Of a stretch of 64,000 bases of DNA, positions 23,401-35,216 are shown piece by piece. The position numbers and the translations under genes were made by a program. Within the stretch, counting starts at the first letter, position 1, and each line of letters begins with the position of its first letter. The stretch comes from Azolla caroliniana (Eukaryota; Plantae; Polypodiophyta): NCBI GenBank assembly GCA_043228905.1, contig JBHGNT010000004.1:15934001-15998000 (forward strand), read 5' to 3'. The notes below the pieces were generated by a model that saw nothing but the letters and a program-made list of their open reading frames with translations, had not been told where the DNA came from and ran no database searches.

Positions 23401-25916
23401 CCGGTTCATCCTCTCGGCCAGCCCGTTTAGTTCCGGCGTCTTCGGCACGGTAAATTCGAGCCGGATTCCCTTCGAGCGACAGTACTGCTCGAACTGCCCC
23501 CGGTATTCACCTCCATTATCTGCTCGAACCGCCTTCAGCTTCCGGCCGGTTTCTCTTTCCACTCTCGCGTGGAGCTCTTTGAAGAAGGATAGCACCTGAT
23601 CCTTCGTCTTCAATGGTGTGGCCCACAGCTTCCGGTTGTGGTCATCTATGAACGTCACGAAGTACTGCGCTCCAGCATGGGACTTCGTGTTCACTTGGCA
23701 CACATCAGTATGCACCAACTCCAGTTGTGCATTACGTCTCATCGGTGGCCTTGATCGGAAGGAGGTTCGGTTTTGTTTACCGGCCAGACAATCAGTGCAC
23801 TTCTCCAAGTGCACATTCTTCACTAGAATGAGGTTGTCGTCAGCAAGCCTATTCATCCCCTTCTCGCTCATGTGACACAACCTCTTGTGCCACAGCTCAC
23901 CGGCAGTGTCGGATGCCACGTTCACTTCCTCCGGACATAACCGGGCATTCATCAGGTACAGTGTGTTTGCCTACCGGGCCCGAGCCACAATCAGGCTCCC
24001 TTTGCTGAACTTCATGACACCGTTCCGGATGCTACCCGTGTAGCCTTCATCATCTAGCCGACCGGCTGATATCAGGTTCAGATGAACCTCCGGAACGTGT
24101 CAGACATGCTTCAGCAGCATCTTGCAACCGGTTGGTGTTGTCAACCACACGTCTCCTATGCCGACAATTCGGCATGTACCTTCATTCCCCATCCGAACAC
24201 AACCGTGATCACCGACTGTGTAGGATGAGAAGCATTTACGGTCTGGGGTAAGGTGGAACGACGCTCCGGAGTCGACCAACCAAGTCATCTCATCGCCGAC
24301 AAGGTTTAGTTCACTTTCCTCGGTGATGAGCATCAACTCTTCTTCACTTGCCGCGATTGCCGCCGTTCCCTTCCGGTCCGTTCCCCTCCGGTCTTTACCA
24401 TTCCGGTCCGGTGTCCGCTTCGAATCGGTACCGTCGGTTTCCTTGTCTTTCCGGAAATGCCGACAGTTCTTCTGGAAGTGTCCCAACTTGCCGCAATAGA
24501 AGCAAGTAGTCATCCCCCTTGACTTTGACCGCGTCCCCGACTTTTCCCGGTTCTGGGGACTACGGTTCCTTTGTCTTCCGCGTTCCGATTCGGTAAGGAG
24601 TCCTTTGGTGTCGGAGCTCGTATCCTTATCTTTCCGACGCACCTCCTCATCTAGCAAGCTCGATTTCACTCTTGCTAGGGATAACCGTTTCCCTTCCGGC
24701 CCGTTATTGCCCAAGGTGACAACCAACGTCTCCTAGCTATCTGGGAGGGAACCGAGCAGGAGTAGTGCTAGTACCTCGTCGGAGAGAGGTACTTCCAATG
24801 ATGTTGCCTGGTGGATCAGCCCCTGGAAGGCATTCATGTGCTCGGCCATGCTGGAGTCATCTCGGTACCAGAGTCTTACTAGCTTCCGGAATACCGAAAC
24901 CTAGTTAACAACATTTTTGTTTTGAAACATAATGTCGATCTTCTCCTAGAGCTCATGAGCCTTGCTCTATTCATTGAAGTTGTTGTATAGGCTCATGTCG
25001 ATGAAGCACCGTATGTACGCCGTTGTCTTCATGTGCATCCCCTCCCATATCGTGGCGTCGATTTTGTCCGGTCTCTTGTCCCCAAACTGAACCGGCAACC
25101 AAAGATCTTTAACCACGAGCATGTCCCTCATCTTCGACTTCCACACCGAATAGTTGGAGCCGGTGAGCTTGAACATCCCTCCCAACGAATCATCCATTTT
25201 CTGTGTCATTTTGCTCTGATACCACTTTGTCAGGAACTGCACGCTCCTTATGCGCAACGCTCGGCCACAACCGAGCTTAGAATCATACACAGAAAATGGA
25301 AACGAAAAACACGACACAAAGGAGAGAAAGAGTACACAAGATGTTTAACGTGGAAAACCCTGAGAGGGAAAAACCACGGGAGTCCACAGACTCCAAACTA
25401 TCACTATATAAGAATGTACAATAGTGGAGCACCGAGGCCACAACCTCGAGCTTGCTATCTTCGCCACAGTCGGCGGTTACAATAGAGATGCAAACTCTTC
25501 GTCTCTTTCTCTCTCTCTCTCTCTCTTTGTACATTGTTACGCGCTTTCTCTTCTTGCACCAACAAGAATGACAACTACATCTCTGTTTTGCCCTAAGTCA
25601 TATTTATACTAATATGACTTTTCGGCTATTTACAAATATAGCCCCGAAGGACTCTTAGAGACATATTTACGAATATGTCCCTTCATCCGGTGAGCGCTCC
25701 TCACCGGGCCTGCATCATCTGGATCTTGTCGGGTACTCCTCATCCGGTTCACACCGGGTCTTCCGTAGCCGGGTACTCCTCATCCGGTTCTCACCGGGTC
25801 TGCACCATCCGGCTCATGCCGGGTACTCCTCATCCGGTTCCGGGTCTTCCGTAGCCGGGTTTGCTCGTCAGCACTGTTCTTCTCCCTTCCCATCCGGAGT
25901 GACCTGTTTCCTAACA
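20441..25916 (-). mobile_element. Full-length Tork/Tnt1-like copia, TSD GAACG
   Basis: LTRs 20441-21142 and 25228-25916; PBS TGGTATCAGAGC at 25213-25224; PPT GTGAAGGGGGAG; GAACG on both sides. Confidence 0.95.
21153..25208 (-). pseudogene. Copia gag-PR-INT-RT-RH polyprotein with multiple stops
   Basis: CFYCGKLGHFQKNC, LVDSGAS, WHKRLCH, DNGGEY, QLDVKTTFLHG, LYVDDML, ALSTTEAEY, DMLTK. Confidence 0.93.
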
Positions 25917-26630
25917 GAACGGGCATGAGCGACCATGCGTCCCTCACCGAGAATTGGAACACGAACGGGCATGAGCGACCATGCGTCCCTCACCGAGAAC
26001 TGGAACATGTACGGATGTGAGCGACCATGCAGCCCTCACTGAGAACTAAACACGAACGAGCGTGAGCGACCATGCAACCCTCACCAAGAACTGGAACACG
26101 AACAGACATGAGCGACCATGTGTGGCCCTCATCGGGTATTGGAACGTGGGTGACCATGTGCGGTTCTCATCGAAAACATAAACGGGTGTGAGCTACCATG
26201 AGGCCCTCATCGAGAACTGGAACACGAACGGACGTGAGAGACCGTGCAACCCTCACCGAGAACTGAACACAAACGGGCATGAGCGACCATGTGGCCCTCA
26301 CCAGGAATTGGAACACGAACAGACGTGAGTGACCATGTGTGGCCCTCATCAGGAACTGGAATATGAGCGACCATGTGTGGTCCTCATCGAAAACATGAAC
26401 AGGCATGAGCAACAATGCGGCCCTCACTGAGAACTGGAACACGAACGGACGTGAGCGACCATGCGGCCCACACCGAGAACTGAACACGAACAAACGTGAG
26501 CGACCATGCAAGCCTCACCGAGAACTGGAACACGAACTAAGGTGAGCGACCATGTGGCCCTCACTGAGAACCGAACACGAACGGATGTGAGCGACCATGC
26601 AGCCCTCACCGAGAATTGAAACAACAACGG
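25917..26630. repeat. ~40-46-bp minisatellite, right part (continues the 19921-20440 array)
   Basis: Same unit; the array resumes in register after the GAACG TSD. Confidence 0.9.
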
Positions 26631-27839
26631 GCGAAGGAGTGCAAGTGAAGTGGTCGATTCGACTTCTTCTATTATGAGAGGGTAAATAGTCGAGGTTGAC
26701 CCAAGACATGGCACAAACGGTAGTGCTAGTGAGAAACCCACTAGGAAAGTTAGCGATTGTGACCCCCACTGAAACTAGAAGGTGAGTGATCGAAATCGGT
26801 CATTGCTAACAGAAAGTGGCGCGAGACTTGAACTATAACGAAAACGTTGTGCAACAAAGCAATGATCCGATCCCCACCAAGAAATTGAGTTGTTGTGACC
26901 CCCACCGGAACTGGGAAGGTGAGCTATTGAAAGCACTCCTCACCCAAACCGTGATGCAAAATGATACGTAAAAATGATGACAAGTAGTGTGTTTGAGAAC
27001 GATGGTTGGGCAAAGAGGTGTTGAAAATGATGACATCGAAGACAAGGATGTTGATAATGGTAACTCCGGAAGCAAGGACAATGGTGATGGTAACTCTAGA
27101 AGCAAAGGATATGACAAAGACGGGTGGTGCTCCCAGTTGGAAGGGATTCAAACATTCATGAACACACCAAGCGCGGACTAGGACGGAGCATAGATGATGG
27201 GGCTACGAGCGACGGATGAATTTGGAGCTAGAGGTGACAAGGCAAGGAACTCTAGATGTTGTGAGTGACATGAGGGCATGAAGACAAAAATAAAGATCAA
27301 GGAGACAAAGGTAAGGTGAAATAAGAATACTAGATTGATGTGTCAATGACTGGTGATGAATCCCTTGAAAGGGACCAAGGATGTTACAAGTATTTATACA
27401 ATTTCCGAGATTGAATATCTCTAGAATATACTCAAGAAATATCTCGAGAATATACCCGTTTCGAATATACCACTGAATAATTCTAGAATATACTAATGAT
27501 TAGAATATTCTTGAATGTACTCTACAATATATATAAGTTCACAATAAAATGTGGACAGTTCACAAGAGTTTCCATGTTGTTAACACAGTCAAAAGTCAAA
27601 GGTTCAAGTCTAGAATGTGATAGAGATAGAGAGAGCAAACCAATAAACTTAATTAAAAAAACTCAATAGAGATTTTGTACATACAATGTGCTCAATGAGC
27701 ACTTTTATACAAGTCCTTAAATGGAATCACATGTACTTCAATGCTTGTACCAAGTGATTGACACTGATTCCTAAAAATATGCCTACATACTAGGCTAGAG
27801 TCATAGGCCTCTCACAGCCTGCCTATTACACTCAGATCC

Positions 27840-29050
27840 GAACACTGATCCGGCTCTCCATTCCAGAAAAAGCGTCGGCTTTGGCTTACTCAGCCGATCA
27901 GATTAGGTTGAGCTTGCTCACTCAACAAGTGCAATAATCACCGCTTCCCAAGCTACATTGGCACTGCAAAGGACCTGGTTTGGTTCGGAAGATTCTTCTT
28001 TTCAAGAGCCAAACAAGGTGGGTACAACAAAGATAGATACTGAACGATGACCGATAGAACCTTCTTGCCAATTTGTAATGCTAGAATGCCTGCTCTCATG
28101 GCATCGCCTATAAGAAATCGCCAATCCTCCTTGTCCCCTTCGTATGTGACGATTATGAAGCCTGCTTTGTTCTTCGGCTTTGCATAGGTTCGATGTACAC
28201 ATCTGATTTCGAGTAGGAACTTTGGCACTTCCGTGAAAATTCATCAAGACCTGCCTACGTCCTTTGGGCATTTATGGTGGATGAGTACTCGCTGAAATAA
28301 CATGCAAGTATCATTGTGATGGGGATATGTATCGTTCTACATCCTGCATTCTTAAGATCTAACACCCCCCGAATCTAGGCATTAATGAGGTGAGCGAGAC
28401 TAATCTTCATACCTACCTCCAGCTTGTTCGGGTGAGGCGGAGCCTTTGCAATCTTGATAAAACTGCCTATGTCGTGGTCCTGCATCCAAGCTCGGAGTTG
28501 TGTTGACATCTAAGTCAACATCTTGTCTTCGTTTTCTGTTGTTGGAAGCCTTCTAAACGAAAGTGGTTCGCCTATTCCGCTGTGAGACCTTTGTCTCTGT
28601 TAGTCCATTCATTCAGCTTCTTCTGTGAAAGAAATGTGCTTGTCTTTCTAGATATGTGTTTTTGGAAGTCGCTTTATATCCCGAGGCAAAACCACATGCC
28701 CTAGATTCAAGAGCCTTTTTGCCATTACTTTGTTACTCGCCACACGTCAAGAAGGAGTCATACTTTCTTTTCTTGGACACAATGCATGCATGGCGTCTCT
28801 GCGTCTCTTAAATAGCCCTTACTGTTTAGTTTTATTTTTATGTGTAACTCAAAAAGAATGTGTAAGAAAAAAAGAACGATAATATACATGTAAAGTACAG
28901 GAATATTACAAACTTGACCTTTTCGGCTTAAGATGGATGAAATCCTCCTCAAGAGGTAGGCATAGAGTATAAGCAACACTGATATTCTATTAAGAGACGC
29001 GAACTTAATACATTGATACAACCAATTAGATTTTACATATTTTCATGTCT
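27840..29050 (-). pseudogene. Fragment of a G1-like Ty3: probable integrase end and ORF3 N-terminal domain
   Basis: AWMQDHDIGSFIKIAKAPPHPN...KAGFIIVTYEGDKEDW...GKKVLSVIVQYLSLLYPP is homologous to G1 ORF3. Confidence 0.65.
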
Positions 29051-30086
29051 GATTTTATACGAAGCATGGGTGGTTATGTCTAGGTGTGAACCGCTACTAC
29101 TTCCCGACTCATAACTGTCGGCACCACCTGTCTTCGACCTGACTCATAACAATCCTCGGTTTTTCATTCTTGGGGCGCCCTAGCCGGCTAACACCTTGCA
29201 CGCTTGTGGGACAATGCATGGCATGGTCGAACCCATTTGCCGGCTAGGCGTCATTGAAGATATGCAAAATGTTCGGCTATACCTGAGCCTATTCGCTGAG
29301 ACCAGTGGTGTCGTTGCCAGTGGTGTTGTTGCCGGATGGTGTCAGAGTGGCTGCGATCGTCTCGTCAATCAATCACCCCTTCTTGATTTGGATCCGCTAG
29401 GACTATCTGTTTAGGTGATTCGACATTGTTGCTTTGCTCGTCTGATGGCCGGGTGGCGGGTTCTTGCTAGGTCTCAGTCGGCTGGTCATCGGTTGCCTCG
29501 GTCTATTCGGCTTGTTCTGCTTGGGCTTCTGTGGGTGGTCAGTCATTTGTGTTGTTGGCCATTTGTAGGGAATTCCCACTCGAGTAGTTGTCGAAGAGCT
29601 AGATGTGTTCCAGTTGTTGGCCTTCCTCTTGCTCTCTTTCCGTCCGAAGTCATTTGGCTTCGTATACTTCTAACTCGAGAGCGAGTTGAAGCTGATCGTC
29701 TGCGAATTCTCCCAATAACCTTGTTATTTCTATGGAGTGGAGTTGGGCGAAGGAACAGTAAGCATTGGCAAGCTCTTCTCTAATCGACGTGACGCTTTCC
29801 TCGTCAAGCTTGTAGAATCCCTTGCCTTCCGCCGATTCTCGTGATCCGCCCCAAAGATGTGAACTTTGACTACTTGGGTTGACCAGGTCTCCCATGCTTT
29901 GCCCATTGTCACAACAATCTTCTTGAGGGCCAAGTCTTTCCAAGTGGAGAGTAGGGTCTATATCCTTTTTGTGCCCATTTTCACCTTTGCTCGCATTTCA
30001 TCTTACCTTGTCCTCGAGTTGCTTGATTTTACTCGCAGCGCGTCCAAACTGAACTTGATAGAGGTCTGGGATTAAACCCATATTTG

Positions 30087-33000
30087 TGAAGAAAATAATA
30101 AGCAAAATAAAGTAAAATAAATTATTATGTAGTTCTTATTTAGTTTCTATGAAATCGGTTTCCTTCATGAGAATGAAACCGTATGTCTATTTGTGGTGGC
30201 CTTATAAAGCCACCACCACCAACGTTTGTATGTATGGCATTATACTAATAATAAAGCTTCTTTCTGTTTTCTCTTATCTCTCTCTCTCTCTCTCTCTCTT
30301 CTTTCTATCTCTCTTTCTCTTTCATTGTCTACATGGTATCAGAGCCTATGCCTATGCCTTTCTAAATTACAAAATACATGCCCTTATCATAAGTTAAGTT
30401 TCATGCCCATACAAAAAAAATAACTATATATTCATAGTGTCCAAGATCGTCAAATAACGAACGACAATTTGTGTTTGTCGTGCGCTGATCCGGACAGCCC
30501 TCTGCAATAATGGCACAATCTATGTCGTTGTCGCAACTCAATATGCGAAAGTTCACGATCGAGAAATTGTCGGACACAAATTACCGAATTTGGAAGGCAA
30601 GATTAGAATTACTTTTTAAATATAATAAAGTATGGGACATAATTTCAAGATCGTCGACAAAACCTGAAAAAGGTGAAGAGCTTGAAGAATTTGAAGAAAA
30701 AGACTTGTGTGCAAGAATGGAAATTCTAATGCACGTAAGTGATGGCACCGGAGAAACATTACGAAAAATGGAGACCGCTCAAGAAATGTGGAAGCACTTA
30801 CAAACTATCTATGAACCAAAGAATGACGCCCAACAAGCACATACACTCCAAGCTCTTGTTAATTACAATATGATTGACGAACAACCGGTTGGTGATTTTC
30901 TATTAATGTGGCAAAAGAAATTAGATGATGTGTTAACTTCTGGATTGGAAATCCATGATAAATTACAAAAGATTCTCCTTCTTGGTGCTCTTCCTCACTC
31001 GTGGTCCACTTTCCGAACCACCCGAAACTCTATAAATTGCCCAACGCTAATTGATCTTCTTGCAAACATTAGACAGGAGGAAACAATGCGTTCACAAAGG
31101 TCCTCAAATTCAACAACAAGTGTGGCAATGGTAGCATACAAGAACAAGAGGTTCACCCAAAGAGGAGAAAGCTCGAAGCCGTGGCTAAAGAAAGATCAAA
31201 ACACAAAACAAGGAGGAATGCGGTTCAACAATACTTATTGCAAGATATGCAAACATACAAATCATGCAACAAAAGATTGCTGGGCAAAGACAAATTTCAA
31301 GAATCATCAACCATGGAGGCGTGTACAAGCCCATATTGTTGAAGAAGAGATGGATGATGAAAAAGCCATGGGAGGTGGACATCGAAATGGTGACACGTAT
31401 GACGATGTTCTACAAGCGTTCATTGCCGAATCACTTTCCGCCACGATTCCAAATCCAAGTAATGCAAATGACATGTGGTATCTCGACACTGGTGCTACTA
31501 ACCACTTAACTAATAGAAAAGATTGGTTAAGTAATTATAAGGAAGTTGAACCTCCTATCATTGTAAGATTTGGAAATAATGGGACTAAACAAGCTATTGG
31601 CAAGGGTGATATTACTTTTGAAGTCACAGGAGGAAGACATTTCACAATCAATGAAGTTCTCTATGTCCCGGGCATCACCAAACATTTGCTATCGGTTAGC
31701 CAAGCAACGGCAAATGGTACAATAATTGAATTTCATCCTAACCATGCTATTATTAAACATAAAGCCTCAAATGGAGAACTTATTAGAACATGTTGTAAAC
31801 GAGAAGGAGGCTTATATCCCATAAAATGTATTCCTACATCTCTTATTTTAGAAGCACATCATACTACCCCAATACAATCCTCCATATCTTTAACCAATCT
31901 TCATTCTCCTTCTTCTCTTTGGCATTTTCGTCTAGGTCATATGCATTTCAATGCTCTAAAAACACTACAATGTAATAATCTAGTCCATGGTTTGCCAAAA
32001 GAACCTTTCAAGCCTATCGCTTTGTGTGAAAGTTGTATCTTTGGGAAAATGCCCCAACAACCCTTCCCAAAGCATAGATATAGAGCCACTACCCCTCTTG
32101 CATTAGTACATAGTGATCTATGTGGTCCTTTTCCAACCCCTTCTCTTAGTGGAGCCAAATATTTCATTAGCTTTATCGATGACTTTAGTCGATTTACAAT
32201 CTTGCATTTTCTCAAGTACAAGAGTCAAGCTTATCAAGCATTCAAAGAATACAAGGCTCGAGTCGAAGTGCAAACATCATCAAAGATTAAAAGTCTTCAA
32301 ACCGATGGTGGTGGTGAGTATGTGTCTCATGAGTTTCAAAGTTTATATCAAAATGAAGGCATACATCATAGAATATCAACACCACACACACCACAACAAA
32401 ATGGTGTATCCGAAAGGAAGAATAGATCACTTCTCAATATGGCTCGAAGTATGTTAAAATTTGCTCACTTATCGCCTCAATTTTGGGAGGAAGCGGTTGG
32501 CACCGCTTGCTATATTCAAAATCGAGGATTTCATAGGTCTTTGGGGCTCCAAACCCCTTATGAATTATGGCATGGTCACAAACCTAACTTAAGTAATCTT
32601 CGTATTTTTGGTTGTGATGCTTATGCTTTTGTGCCAAATGTTCAAAGAAATAAGCTAGATCCAAGGGCTACAAAATCAATCTTCATCGGATATGGAGAAG
32701 CTTCGGGATACAAGGCGTACAAGCTCTTCGATCCACAAAAACAAAGAATATTCTTTAGTCGTAGTGTGATATTCCAAGAAAATGGACCTTCTACAAAGGT
32801 TTCTTCTTCACTATCTTTTAATCTACCTCCCTTATTACCTACCCCTAATTACTTACAACCATATTCCTCAACCATCTCTAATACTAATAGCTCTCATATT
32901 GAAGGAGCCAACATTGGCTCATCCTCTACTTCCACAATTTGTGTTGCTCTTCCATCTATTCACAAGGCCAAGAACAATCCTACTCAACCAACTAATTCTT

Positions 33001-35134
33001 CTTCTCATCCTCCCTCATTCCAAACTCTAGATGATTCTCTTCCTCATACTCCTTTAAATACACACTATTTAACCCCCACTAATAATACAAATAATGTTAT
33101 CTTCTCCACTCCCTCTCCTAATCCTTCATTCCAAGTGTCATCACCAACTTCTCCACCAAACTCTCCACCTCCAAAGTATAGATCTCTAAGTAGTATTTAT
33201 GAACAACTTGATCAAATGGAAGCACATTTCGTCGACTTGGACCATGAAGCTTATATTCAAGAAGAAGATATTCCAACCCTTGGTGATGACACAAATCTAT
33301 CGGCCAAAGATGCACTTTCCGGACCGGATTCTATCAAATGGAGAAAGGCTATGGAAGAAGAAATGAAGGCTTTACTTAAAAATGGTACGTGGACCCTCGT
33401 TGAGCCTCCAAAGGATCGACAAATAATTGGTTCTAAATGGGTCTTACGCATAAAGCGAGATAGTAATGGCAATCCAATTCGCTTCAAGGCTCGTGTAATT
33501 GCTTGAGGATTCTCTCAAGTACGAGGTATTGATTTTCAAGATACATTTAGTCCAACGCTAAAAATATGTGGTTTTCGAATGCTCGTTTCTCTTGCCGCAC
33601 AACATGATCTCGAATTGCATCATTTGGATGTACAAACGGCTTTTCTTCATGGAGATTTAGATGAAGAACTTTATCTACAACAACCAGAATTTTTTGAAGA
33701 TCCAAGTCATCCAACACATGTTTGTCGACTTCGTAAATCTATTTACGGTCTTAAGCAATCTCCACGCATATGGTATCACAAACTACACTCTTTTCTCATA
33801 AAAGTTGGATATCATCGTCTAAACAATGAGCCAAATATCTATGTTAGAAAAGCCAAATCCAATTTTGTTATCATAGGTGTCTATGTTGATGATTTGCCTT
33901 TGATCTCTAACTCTAAATCTTATCTAGCTATTGCAAAGAAGGAACTTGCATATGTTTTTCCTATTACCGATTTAGGCCCTATGACCCATTTTCTAGGCAT
34001 CAAAATAACTCAAGATAGAACAAATCATACTATCTCATTATCACAATCAAATTATGTTAATTCTATCCTCCAAAGATTTGATATGCTCCATAGTAAGCCT
34101 ATTAGTACTCCTCTTACCTCTCCATGTAAACTTTCAAATGATGATTCTCCTAAAAATGAACGAGAAATTTCCGAAATGAAGGATGTACCCTATAAGCAAA
34201 TCCTTGGATGTATAAGATATCTAGTAAGTTGCACACGTCTCGATATTTGCTTTGCCGCCGGTTTTCTTTCTCGTTTCATGGCTAATCCAGGACCAAAGCA
34301 TTGGATCGCGCTCAAAAGATTACTTCGATACTTGAAGCATACTCAACATTATGCGTTGACTTACTCCGCTACACAATCCGAGTCAACCACACTTGTGCAA
34401 GGATGGACAAACCCCTCTAGCCAACTAATTGGTTGGTCGGACTCGAACTGGGGGGGAGATGTGGACGATCGCAAGTCAACGGGTGGATATGTTTACACAC
34501 TAGCTGGCGGTGCAATTTCGTGGAAGTCAAAGAAACAAACTACCGTAGCATTGTCATCCACCGAAGCTGAATATGTTGCCGCGGCTTTAGCGGCTAAAGA
34601 AGGCATATGGATTAAAGCTATGCTCGATGAATTTAAATTATTTACTATTCCACCAGTGACTTTATTTTGTGATAATCAATCTTGCATCAAGTTAGCCAAC
34701 AATCCGAAGATGAGCGACAATATCCGTCATGTGGACTTGAAGCATCACTTTCTTCGTGATCTCATTGAAACGAAGAAGATAGAGTTAAAGTTTGCTCCCA
34801 CTCATCAAATGTGGGCTGATTTTCTAACGAAGCCTCTTCAACATTCTAAGCACATTATTTGTTGCAAGCAAGTTGGATTAATTAATGTAATCGAAGATAA
34901 AGATGAAAACCTACACTTCTAGAAAATTTTGCTTAGGGGGGAGTGAAGAAAATAATAAGCAAAATAAAGTAAAATAAATTATTATGTAGTTCTTATTTAG
35001 TTTCTATGAAATCGGTTTCCTTCATGAGAAGGAAACCGTATCTCTATTTGTGGTGGCCTTATAAAGCCACCACCACCAACGTTTGTATGTATGTATGGCA
35101 TTATACTAATAATAAAGCTTCTTTCTGTTTTCTC

Positions 35135-35185
<51 letters not shown>

Positions 35186-35216
35186 TTCTATCTCTCTTTC
35201 TCTTTCATTGTCTACA
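30087..35216 (+). mobile_element. Near-intact full-length copia, TSD ATTTG
   Basis: LTRs 30087-30333 and 34944-35216; PBS TGGTATCAGAGCC at 30334-30346 (tRNA-iMet); PPT AGGGGGGAG; ATTTG on both flanks. Confidence 0.97.
30510..34922 (+). pseudogene. Copia gag-pol polyprotein with a single in-frame TGA (33504-33506) in RT
   Basis: 998-aa and 447-aa ORFs in the same frame; CKICKHTNHATKDC, YLDTGA, DGGGEY, YVDD, SSTEAEY, ADFLTK. Confidence 0.95.

Larger units (their letters stand above)
19331..27622 (-). mobile_element. Non-autonomous chromovirus-derived LTR element B; internal region is mostly minisatellite; hosts the Tork-like copia
   Basis: LTRs 19331-19803 and ~27154-27622; PPT GAGGGGGGATAA; chromodomain-tail remnant (LQNTLELVxDFH) before the PPT; degenerate TSD CAGAC/GAGAT. 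Confidence 0.75.
18263..27830 (-). mobile_element. Truncated copia (element C): 5' LTR 19227-27830 (split by element B), PBS-iMet, gag fragment 19144-18263
   Basis: Degenerate PBS TGGTATCAAAGC at 19215-19226; TGTAA...TTACA LTR ends; gag MASSLPTEKLNRNNYASW. Confidence 0.7.

Noticed and set aside
19921-26630. CRISPR-like array
   Set aside because: The units are degenerate tandem copies without unique spacers, there are no cas genes, and the context is eukaryotic transposons.
35139-35182. (CT)n microsatellite
   Set aside because: An ordinary LTR component whose length simply differs between the LTR pair.
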